Source: Blepharisma stoltei ATCC 30299 (lineage: Eukaryota > Protista > Ciliophora). From it: DNA of 64,000 nucleotides. Positions within the stretch are counted from its first letter, which is position 1. Every line of letters begins with the position of its first letter. The stretch is taken from contig CBFDEM010000004.1 in assembly GCA_965603825.1 (NCBI GenBank), forward strand, positions 806,001 to 870,000, written 5' to 3'. Positions 49,401-60,246 of this stretch are shown piece after piece. The notes beneath the pieces were generated by a model. It made no database searches. It saw only the letters and a program-made list of their open reading frames with translations, and had not been told where the DNA came from. Both the position numbers and the translations under genes were made by a program.

Positions 49401-49660
49401 ATATAAGAGAAGAGCTAACTCCAGTACATTTAAGCAGTATGTACAAGCATGAAACTAGCAGATCTTTTACAGGGGAAGGGGAAGATAGCATGGAGCAGAC
49501 TCCAAGAAGTGGCGATGTGAAATTGCCAAGCATAGGCAAAAAAAATCCAAAGCCTCCAAGTCAGCCAAATCCTCTTATTCTAGGAGGAGGACCTCCTGAT
49601 ATAAAGAGATATATAAAGCAAGCAGTCTCAAGGAGAAAAAATGATGTTAACTTTTTGTAG
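46496..49660 (+). CDS. Long coiled-coil protein (~1054 aa)
   Basis: One frame through TGA at 46802 and 47048; globular N-terminus (DRLYRSLFVYSIGF) followed by ~680 aa of heptad-rich sequence. Confidence 0.85.
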
Positions 49661-50004
49661 TTTAAATTAATATTTTCAATTTTATCTATGACTGGAAATT
49701 ATTCAGGTAAACTGTTAAAATTTATATTTCACTATATAGAATCAAAATCATATATTAAAATATGAGGTAAAACGGGCTACAGCAGTAAAAAGAATTTTGT
49801 TTTTTAAAAAATCAAATGATTACAAAAAATTAATTATCCAGAACTCACTCCCTTCACAAGTCTAAATCAGCTAAAAAAATTCAAATTAATTTTCGCTAAA
49901 TAAGAAATCTCTTATTTATTTTATTATTCCCAAATTCAAAAAACTGTTAACATTTTTGAAAATTTTCCTATCATATTTGATCCAACCTAATTGTTATAAT
50001 TTAA

Positions 50005-50658
50005 ATGGACTCTTGTCGAGAGCACAAACATCACAGCTCAAGCAGTTCTGCCCGCAAAGATCCCAAAAACAATACACGACCTGCTAATTCTTTTTCTCTT
50101 GACCCATCTTCTCCAACAAAAAAGCTCAACTCCAACTATGAAGAATTTCAAGCTAACAAAGAAAATGAAGCAGACCAGGCAGAGAAACCTGACCTTACTT
50201 TTCTTTTTAATCCTCTCCGAGATGAAGTAAAGCCATACCATTTAGATGGCGATACTTCAATGTATACAGAATCCTCAATCGTTAGCAGAGCCAATCTTAA
50301 ATCCGAGCCAATGGTCATTGAGAGCATCAATGACTTTATGGACCTGTACCAATCAGACAACAAAGGCTTCATTGGTCGCAAAGAATATGAAAGAATGTAC
50401 AATAAGATCTGCTCAGTTTTACGTATCAGCATCGACCCGAGCGAAAAACGCAAAATTTTAGACGACGACTGGAAAAAAGACTCAAGAGGCCAAGATAAAA
50501 TGTCAAGGGAAATGCTTTTTGACGCCATGTTCGAGCTTTGTGACGTCTGGTGTCCACATATAGACCCAGTTGAGTACAAAGAATTTTTCAGCCAAATAAA
50601 ATTCCGAATCAGATATGAAGGCTATAAAGACAGCTCTGCTTATGATATAATAAGTTAA
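50005..50658 (+). CDS. Hypothetical protein with degenerate EF-hand-like region (217 aa)
   Basis: Intact ORF; SDNKGFIGRKEY loop-like segment; FELCDVW motif. Confidence 0.75.
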   Translation: MDSCREHKHHSSSSSARKDPKNNTRPANSFSLDPSSPTKKLNSNYEEFQANKENEADQAEKPDLTFLFNPLRDEVKPYHLDGDTSMYTESSIVSRANLKSEPMVIESINDFMDLYQSDNKGFIGRKEYERMYNKICSVLRISIDPSEKRKILDDDWKKDSRGQDKMSREMLFDAMFELCDVWCPHIDPVEYKEFFSQIKFRIRYEGYKDSSAYDIIS

Positions 50659-50730
50659 TTTTATAAAAATCATAATTAATTGCCAAAATTAGGCTTCATA
50701 AGCCACTGAATTAAATCTGATATATATTAA

Positions 50731-53700
50731 ATGGTAAAAAGACAACCCCTAGTGGTCGTTTTGCTTAGTGTGCCTTTTAGAGTGGCTGTGGGGATTAGGC
50801 AGCATACAGGAAAAGTGGTGCGATGGGCTTCTGAAGCTATTATACAGTTTATTTTAGGCTTGCTGATGATTTTTAACTTTAGAAGTGGGTTTACTCAGCT
50901 TGCAATCAGCGGAGTTTTCAGAGTGCTCATTTTAAGCTCATTTATGTCTGGAATAGTTTATTCTTATGTGTTAGGATTAAAAAGACTTTGGTATGAAGAT
51001 CACCCTGTTTTATCTGGCTTGATAGTTATAGCTGAGCTAATCCTAGCAGCTTATGTGCTTAAAAAAGGGTGGGGTATGGTATTGCCGAATACTAAAGCAA
51101 AATATAATTTAGCAGTTCGCCAAGGGTTTAAAGACCTTGCATCAGCTATTCTCACTGTTCTTACTATTTGTACATTGGTAGGAATACCAAATCTTAAGAA
51201 TAGTCCTAAAGATGCTGATAAATATTTCATATTTGTCCTCAAAGCTTTCTCATTAGGAATTGCGAATATTGTGGAGCTTCCTTTTATTATACTCCTAATT
51301 GCGTTCCCTTGAAGACTATTTATGTTCTTTTCTGAAGCCCCAAAACTACAAAGCAAAAATAAAAGAATAATGCTGGCTTTACATTATTTTGTCGATGGGA
51401 TTATAGATATCCCATTTATAGCGATTTTACTAATCCTTTTGGCGACATTAGTCAAGGCAAGTTCTATGATTAAGATTATTAAAGAAGGCAGACTTTCTAG
51501 ATCCCTTATTTTTGAGCACTTTTTTATTCTGATTTTAGATGTGATTACATTAATTCTAGGAGCCATTATTTTCTGTGGAATTTTAAGGTCTAAAGCTTTA
51601 TACAAATCAATACGTATAGATCTGGCAAGAAGAGGGGGTGATAGAAGACATTTACTTGGAGATATGGTTATACATTTACTTGATACTATTTTATTTATCC
51701 CAGGGTGCATTATTTTCCTAGCAGTTTTAATTCCAGTGTATAGATTAAAATATATACACTTTGATTTTGACAAAATTGCTAGCAATAGTGAAGATTATCA
51801 AAAATTCCTCTATGAGCTTTTATTACAAATCCCTGAAGAAATTTCTGATTTATTCCATATTGTGCTACTTTTAACCAGCATAGTATTTTTCTGAAGATTT
51901 TTCCCATTTATTCTGACTTTTAGATTTGGGAATGACTGGCATAAAGATGTCCTCAAACTTTTCAAAAGAGGAATTTCTGACATTCCTGCAGGTCTGCTAG
52001 GCTGCTTTATTTTAGTTACTATATATAGAATCCCATTAGCAATAAGAAGAAAAAGACAGCACGAATATTGGTTTTTGTTAATGATGGATGTGACAAAAGA
52101 AATTTTGAAGGATTTTTTGACTCTTCCTTATTTTCTTGTAAAATTGGTATGTCCTTGGAGACTTATTCCTACCATGATCCAGATATGAAAAACAAATATT
52201 CCTAAAGAGCAAAGAAAAATAATGAAACAAGATGGGCTGAGGCCTTTAGAAGACTATCTTACCTTCATCTTTGTGATTATCCTGATTCTATCAATATGAA
52301 GAACTGCAGAAATAATTTCCTTAGTGGTCTCGCATATTCGCCAAGTCATAAACCATGAAAAAGTTACATCATCCTTATTCAGAAAAGTCTTCAGAAAATT
52401 CTGCCAGCTTTTAATAGACTCTCTGATGCTAATTATGATGACTTTAATTTTCGTCATGATAATAGAACTCCCTAACTTTTTTAGAAGAATGCGTTCTTTC
52501 TACTATTTATATAAAGAAAGAAGAGGGATACAGTTTTTGATATACATTCAATCATTATTCCCATCTAAACCAGTCGTCAAAGAGAAAAAAGAGCATATAA
52601 ATAAATTCAACAAAAATGTTTTTACTAATGTTTGCAGCTTTTTGGATATAAAAACATTAGGAAATGTGGCCCAAGCAAATAAGAAATTCAAAGATTTAGT
52701 ATCATTCCCACCTGTATGGAAAGAACAGTATGAAAAATACTGGAAAAGCCATATACCTGCTAGCTCAGTAAGAGAAATCGCATGGGACGATGACTATAAA
52801 AAACTTGCAATCGAAGGCTATACGAATTTTATTGAAAAAAATAAAGACGTTATATTAGATGAACAAGAAAGAGATTATAGGATGGGCGCGAGGGCTATTG
52901 TACTAGAAGAGTTTGTGCTGAGCATTTTCGGTTTTCCTCATATTATAGCTTTACCTGCTAAAGCTGTAGTTTATATCTTGTCAAAAATTGATTATGATAA
53001 ATATTTCCAAGGACCAAGATATTCTAGGTTATTTTCATTTGAAATTTGGGTAAGTCCAGGTGAAAATATCACAATGTTTTATAATTCTTGTAAGAGTGGG
53101 GTAAAACCAGACGAAGACACTTTAAAGAGCTTTTATCATATTCAATTGAACTGTCTTTATATTATTATGTGCATTGTTATGATTATTGTGGAGCAGATCT
53201 CATTTTTTACTTGTGCATTTGATTTTTTGCTGTTAAGAATATTTTCATTTGGCACTGCTATTCCGTTAAATGTATTTGCAGGTCAAAGAAATGCGCAGCA
53301 GTTATGGGCTTTTCAATATGCACTGCAGCTGATAGCTGCATTAGTAATTATAGCTTTAAAGATAGGAATATTAGTATTCCCATTTATGATGTCCTATAAA
53401 TTCACTAATTACACTATTATAGGCTGTGTTTTTGGTCCAGCATATATAAATGTATTAGCTTATTTGGTGATCTATGTGAATTTAATAACAGCTTATAGAT
53501 ACTTCAGCCATTTCCAACAATTTAGACCTCACTTAGCAGGATACTTTATATTTGTTTTTGCTAATAAAGGAATTGATATTGGAGCTATTTTATTGAAATC
53601 TTTAATAGCAATTGTGAAAGGTGTATGGAGACTAATTTCAGAATTTGTAAGAGGACTTACTGTATTTTTACCAAAAGGACAGATTTTTTACCTTTATAAA

Positions 53701-53916
53701 GCAATTTTAATTTCTAGTGGTGGGACTCTTAAAAACTGGGGATATATAGGAGATTTAATATACACTCCTTTAGTTCTTGCTTGGATATTTTGGCCAATAG
53801 CAATTCCATATATATTTGGAAACTGATATCTTATATTACCAATTTTCCCAGTTGTAATATTTTTACTGATTAAAGGTTATGCAATTGCTAAAAATTCATG
53901 GGACGATAAAGAGTAA
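50731..53916 (+). CDS. Multipass membrane protein with an internal F-box-like motif (~1061 aa)
   Basis: One frame through TGA at 51310, 51892, 52186, 52297 and 53824 to TAA at 53914-53916. Many hydrophobic helices. F-box-like INKFNKNVFTNVCSFLDIKTLGNVAQANKKF..L.....VW. Confidence 0.82.
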
Positions 53917-54462
53917 ATATATTAAGGTTAATAGATTTATTAATGGCTATACGTGAATAATTCAAATTATTAATCTGATCAAAAAAATGGCTTATTAATT
54001 GCATATGCGATAACTCTCTATTTAATTTTCGATTTAAATAAAAAGATTTAATCAATAAGCACTTGCAATAAATATTCAAATTAATTAGACGTGCATCTTC
54101 TGCAGCTTTTAAATTAATAAGTATTTAAATTTATAAAAGAAAATCAATATTTTCAAAGTATTTAACATTGAACACTTGATAAAATTTTAGCTTTTATTAT
54201 AAGTTTGATTTATCTTAAACAGCTATTTTCGAAATAAAAACTTTTTATCTAAATTTGCATTTAAAATACAAAAAAGCATGGCAATGCTGAATAATTTTGC
54301 AAAATTTAAATTTTTTGCCTATTCTAGTACAGGTCGGAGGATATGTGATTTCACTTTTGAATATAATAAGTTTTTGGACGCAATTTCATGTAATCCTTTA
54401 GCTTTAAAAAAATACTAATTTTAAATTCAAATTAATGTAAAAAGTCAAACGATTTGTTGAAT

Positions 54463-54984
54463 TTAACTGTTTATCATTAAAAGTGTCAAAAAATTAAAAA
54501 CAGCTTCAATATTGTTATTTCTCTTTGCAGATGTTTCGATATAAACAATATTTAAATTATCTGCTAACTCTTTTGCTTCATCATAAGAAACTTGCCTTTC
54601 GCTTTCTAAATCGCATTTATTTCCTACTAAAACTATAGGTGTATTAGAGCTTATACTGCTCTTTGCTGTCTCATATCACCCGTTAACAGAATTAAATGAT
54701 TTTCTATTTGTTATATCAAATACAAGAAAAATTCCATCCTTAGGCCTTAATTGTGTCGGCAAGGAAGTATTGAACCTTCTATCGACGTTATAATCTCAGA
54801 TTTGGAGCTTAATAGTTTTTCCTAGCATTTTAACTGTGTGAAATTTAAAATCAAATCTCCCTGCTGTGTATGCATATTCATGATAAATCTTGTCACAGTA
54901 TCTAATTAATATACTTGACTTGCCGCACCCATAGTCTCCAATGAAAATTACTTTGAAAATGAAATCATAGTCTTTTGCCTTCAT
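54463..54984 (-). CDS. Divergent Rab1/8-like small GTPase (~173 aa)
   Basis: YDFIFKVIFIGDYGCGKSS, KLQI-W(TGA)-D, LVGNKCDL, IETSAK; two TGA; ends at TAA. Confidence 0.82.
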
Positions 54985-55512
54985 GATTGACTTTTGCTTT
55001 ATAAGACTAGACTTGTTTTTAATAAATTTCCATTTTTAGATAGACTGTTTAAAAAAAATTTATTGAGGTAACCGATCTATTTATGCTTGTTATGATAAGA
55101 CTTCATAATTTTTTGATCCAGCACTAAGGAAAGGTCCGATTTTATAAAATTTCAGTAAATCAATTAAATATTATTATATAAAGAAGTCAGATCAGTAAAC
55201 TTGCATGAGATTCACTTCATTAGAAGAGAAAATTGAAACATCATCATTTAATTTTCCTCAAAAATTTTTTAAAAGCAAATTGACGATCGTTTGTTGGCTT
55301 TTCACAAGCTTTGGCGTACCATGAAGAATTATGACTAATATACCTTTAGCTAACTTTCATTAGTTAAGTAGACTAGTGATTCATTCAAAATTGGCCTTGA
55401 ATTTTGAATCATTATTGTAACCGCTATTAGCCAATTGTGGATTGCCATAATCCCAATAAATCTGTGATAGCTAATATTAAGGTAATATGTTATCAATATA
55501 AATGCTTATTAG

Positions 55513-55986
55513 TTAAATTTTAGTAATTCCTTCCTCCTTAATGACATTAAATCTATGCATTCTTCTGCCTTTCTTCCTCCCATGAGTCCTTGCCTTATGA
55601 TAGTGCTGTAGGTAGCACATCTGGCATTTACCTTTTGCATAGTGTTGACGGTCTTGATGGGGACAAGCCCAAGCTTGCTTGTCCCTTCCAAGTCTGTGGT
55701 AGCAGTTGTTGCACATATTCTTCGCATAATGTTTGCGATCGGTATGCGGACAAGCTGTGATTTCCTTGGCTTTCCGCTTTCCTTCGTCCTCTAGCTTATA
55801 AGAGGAATCAATGGTGTGGTGGTCAACATCCTCCGAAGTAGGAGGTCTTCCGATAAAAGACAGTCCTGGCAAGTTTAGACTTACCGGCCACTGTCCTTCT
55901 ATTGCCATTGGTGACAACAGGGAAAACATGTTCATGAAAACATTTTGTTGGACTTCTTCATATGAAAGTATTGGTATATTTTTCAT
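55513..55986 (-). CDS. Small protein with two tandem CPH..HYAK..C..CY zinc-finger-like repeats (157 aa)
   Basis: ACPHTDRKHYAKNMCNNCYH and ACPHQDRQHYAKGKCQMCYL; basic tail. Confidence 0.82.
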   Translation of the reverse strand: MKNIPILSYEEVQQNVFMNMFSLLSPMAIEGQWPVSLNLPGLSFIGRPPTSEDVDHHTIDSSYKLEDEGKRKAKEITACPHTDRKHYAKNMCNNCYHRLGRDKQAWACPHQDRQHYAKGKCQMCYLQHYHKARTHGRKKGRRMHRFNVIKEEGITKI

Positions 55987-57517
55987 ATTATAGTGATATT
56001 TATACCAAATAAATGATAATCATCATATTATTTGAACGATAATAATATAGGTGCGATTTTTTAAGGGGAAGTTCAAATTTCTAATGACATTGAAATTATT
56101 TAATATATTATTTATTAATTATTTGCAATTTTAGAGAGTCTTAAGTAAAATTAATTGGGTTTGTGAAAAAATATTTTTGTTTCTGATGAGGGAGCTTTAT
56201 ATGGAAATCCATTTCTGTTTTTTATAATTTTAGGTTTTATGATTTCTCTTTAATAATATGTGGTCAACTTCTTTATTTCCCTTTAAAATCTTATTAATTT
56301 ATATCTATTTATAACAAAAGGCAATCTTTAATAGCTAGCTGTTGCTTTATTATCCATAAAAAGTAGGATCAAAGTCATAAGCTAAGTAGCATTCCTATTT
56401 TGCTAATATAGATGATATATTATTTAAATTTATCAATTTTTAAAAAAACTCACATATTTGTTGCATTTATTTTAATATAAAATTCATTTACCTTATAAAT
56501 GTTCCGTAAATCAGAAACTCATTAGACAAATTCTAAAGACAATAAAAATTAATTTGCACTAAAATGCATATGAATACTAGAAAAGTATTAATAATTTATG
56601 CTTTATTATAAAAAATAAAAAAACTTGCTATTACGCAATTATAGCTTGCTGAAATATTTTATTAAAACTTTGAAATTATCAAGCAGTTGCTTGCTGGATA
56701 AATAATATAGTGCAGATTCACTTATTAATCATTATAGAAGCTGTCCCAAGCTTAAACCTTCTGACATTTTTAATATTGAGTAGACAGTCGACATCCTAGT
56801 GGTATTGCTAGGGACATGGGGCAGCACATATAGAAAGCTAATTAAGTAAATTAACTATTTGCTATGCAGATTTAAATGGGCAATCATTTTTCAGCATTTA
56901 ATACTATAGTTAATCTTAATAATTCCATAAATTGCTATTCTATCAAGCAAAGTTACCTATTAAATCGAAAAAATCGTAGATATATTATATTTCAATTCTA
57001 TTCAAAGATAAAATTGTAAATCCCTAAATAATTTCAGCTTTATGCGAATCTGTGGAAGAATTAGTAAATAGTTTTTTACAAATTAAAATTATACACTTAT
57101 AATTTCTTCTAGCTTATGAAAAGAGCACTTAGGACTTAGTTTCTGATATTCAAAATATGATTAGCTAATAATGCTAACCTAAAAATTACAAAAAATCTTG
57201 AAAAATATTAAAAAGGAAAACAAAATTTAAACACTCAAAATTTTTTGGGCATATTCAATTAAAATAACAATCAATAGATAAAACAATACCATGTGTCAAT
57301 AGTTTAAGATTTTAACTTTAATAATGCAATCTTAATGCTTTAATATAATTAATTTTTATTTTTAAGTCTATAAATGACAGAAAAAGCTTTTATAAATAAA
57401 TAATTTCCTTCATTTTTCTATTATTTAAGCTTAAAATAATATTTTCAATATTTATGCATCATTGATGAATTTCTTATTCAATTTAAAGCATAGTTTACTT
57501 ATTCAAGTTTGCATTAT

Positions 57518-58537
57518 CTAACGAGGAAACAATTGCTTAATTGTATTTTCTTGGTCAGGAGTCAATTTTCCTGGTAAATCCACTATAAACCTCACATGCA
57601 AATTCCCTTTATTTGATGGGACATCTTGATGAGGCATTCCTTCACCTTTAATAATCCTCACGGATTCTGGCTGTGTTACCCCAGTGTAATCAATCTGCAC
57701 TACATGTCCATCAAGATGGCTAATTTGTTTCGAATACCCTAGCAAAGCTTCTTTCAGCGTCAATCTAATAGAAGTCGATAAATCGTTTCCTTTCCTTTCA
57801 AAACGTGTATGAGGCTTCAATTTAAGGACAAAGATAATGTCCCCAGGAAACCAATCAGGGCTTTGCTCACTTTGTCCTGGAAATATAATTTCAGATCCAT
57901 TGTCCATCCCTGGCTCAATCTGTACATTAAGAGTTTTCAATGCATTTACCACCTTTTGCCCTCCACAATTAGGACATCTCTCTGCAGCAAGCTAAATAAA
58001 TCTTACAAACCCTCTTCCTCCACATCTTTCGCACTGGACTTGCATTTGCATGTTAAATCCAAAGCCACCCACATTTTGAAGTCTTACACCTTTGCCTCCG
58101 CATGCTTTACAAGGGACAGTTTTTTTGTCTTTTGCTCCTGTTCCTTTGCATTTTTTGCAGAGTTCGTTTCTCCTTATAGTGGTTTCTTTAGCAAGGCCAT
58201 TATAGACATCTTCTAAATCAACTTCTAATTCAAATCGAAAATTCGGGCCTCGTCGCCTATTGAAGAGCTGCTGATCATTAAGCCCATCTTCTCCATAAAT
58301 ATCATAGATTTGCCTCTTCGCAGAGTCAGACAGAATTTCGTTTGCTTTTGTGACTTCTAAGTATTTTTTGTGAGCCTCCTCATTTCCAGGGTTTTTATCT
58401 GGGTGGTATTTTCTACTTAGACTTCTGAAGGCTTTTTTTATTTCAGATTCATCTGCATCTGGAGAAACTTCAAGAACTTCGTAATAGTCGATACCTAGAA
58501 CAATCCCTATGAGAAGGACAAAAAATACACGTGTCAT
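57518..58537 (-). CDS. ER-lumenal DnaJ (ERdj3/DNAJB11/Scj1-like), intron 57992-58006
   Basis: Signal peptide, J domain with HPD, four CxxCxGxG-type repeats (the last restored by splicing), DnaJ C-terminal domain. Confidence 0.92.
57992..58006 (-). other. 15-nt intron GTAAGATTTATTTAG
   Basis: Matches the consensus with A10. Removal joins GRGF to [11 protein letters not shown] in frame. Confidence 0.92.
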
Positions 58538-59021
58538 AAAAATACTTTAATAGGGAAAATCTAAAACTGTTTTGAATTTTGGGATGAACCACTATACAAA
58601 CTAATAAAGAAAAAGAAAATATGACTAGGAGAAATTACTATCAATAATCTATTATTTGATGCATATTGAAATTTTGTAATAATAATTTATTGAGCATTCT
58701 CATATATTATAGAAAACTTATTAATATAATAAATGCTGAAGCGAAATTAATTGAGTTTTACAATAGAAAATAATAAGAGAAGGAGCACTATTTCTTTACC
58801 TAATCCAAGTAAGATTATTAGATTCTTTTCAAACCCACAAATATATAGAATAAAAAAGCAGAAATAGAAAAATATCCACCTATTTTAAAAAGTGCAAAAG
58901 CTTCTGAAATCTATTAAAAATGGGTCAACTCAAAAATCATCAGATGAGTAAAAACTTAATTCAAATCATCAGCTGAGCAACCAACTACGATTTAAGTTGC
59001 AAAAATTCTCACTTATAAACA

Positions 59022-59960
59022 ATGATTGGATTAACTATCACAAGAGATCAAAGCCGATATCAAATGATTAGCAAATTAGGTGAAGGTGCGTATGGAAAAG
59101 TTTATAAGGCAAAGGACACTAAAACCAACTCTATAGTCGCACTTAAAGAATCAGTAATCACTATGGATTCTGAAGGAATCCCAGCTCAGACTATTCGCGA
59201 GATCTGCCTGCTAAGAGACCTTCTTCATCCAGGAGTAGTTTATCTCCAGGACGTCCTCATATTAGAAAACAAGCTTTATTTAATCTTTGAGTACTTAGAG
59301 CAAGATTTACGCTATTTTCTCGACAATTGTGTACTTCCACTGCCTGAGCCGATCATAAAGAAATTCCTGATACAGCTTCTCAATGCTTTAAACTACTGCC
59401 ACTCACATAGAATTATCCACAGAGATCTCAAGCCTCACAATCTTCTATTAGACTCAAATAACGACCTTAAAATCGCTGATTTTGGCCTTGCCAGAGCTTT
59501 CCAGATCCCTTGCAGACCATATACAACTTCAGTCCAAACTTTATGATACAGAGCTCCAGAAATTATTTTAGGCTGCGAAATATATAATACAGCAATTGAC
59601 CTATGGTCTGTAGGGTGTATAATGGCAGAGCTTATGAATGGGTATCCTCTTTTTCCTGGTAGAAATCATATTGATCAGTTATTTACGATTTTCAGACTTT
59701 TAGGAACACCTAATGAGTCTACTTGGGAAGGCGTCACTAATTTTAGATATTATTCGCCTGATTTTCCGAAATGGACACCAGTGCCATTTGAAAGACTGTT
59801 CCCTGGGTTTAGTGAAGTAGGGCTTGATCTGCTTGAACGGCTTTTGTCTATGAATCCTGAAAAAAGGATTTCTGCTAGAGATGCTCTTAATCATGTAATG
59901 TTTATTTAGCCTTTTTTGAAGAGCTCAGGAGTTTTGACTGAGAGATTAAGTATTCATTAA
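59022..59960 (+). CDS. Cyclin-dependent kinase (CDK1/2-like, PAQTIRE), intron 59895-59909
   Basis: [23 protein letters not shown](TGA)-YRAPE. Splicing restores ALNHPFL; ends at TAA 59958-59960. Confidence 0.93.
59895..59909 (+). other. 15-nt intron GTAATGTTTATTTAG
   Basis: Matches the consensus with A10. Removal restores the kinase C-terminal HP(F/Y) motif. Confidence 0.88.
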
Positions 59961-60246
59961 CTTATTAATTTTATTAAAAACTGCCTTTTCTTTAGATTTT
60001 TAGATAAAGCTTCTTTCTGAAACAGTTTTTAAGTTACAATATAAATATTTCACTTTTTTATATATTAATTTATATAAAACCTAAACTTAGCAAGCTTAAT
60101 TAATATAAAACAGCTTCAAAATTCTGATAAAAACCAAAAAAATCGAAAAACTTATAAAATTGTTGCATATTTTTTCTTCTCTTTTAGACACACAAAATCT
60201 AACTTTTGGGTGCCTAATTAAAACTGCAGCTTTAAAAGGATGAACT

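Noticed and set aside
56820-56832. GGCAGCACATATA, similar to the 5' part of U6 snRNA, next to a small CCTAG/CTAGG hairpin
   Set aside because: No downstream ACAGAGA box or AGC triad region; the match is too short to call an RNA gene.
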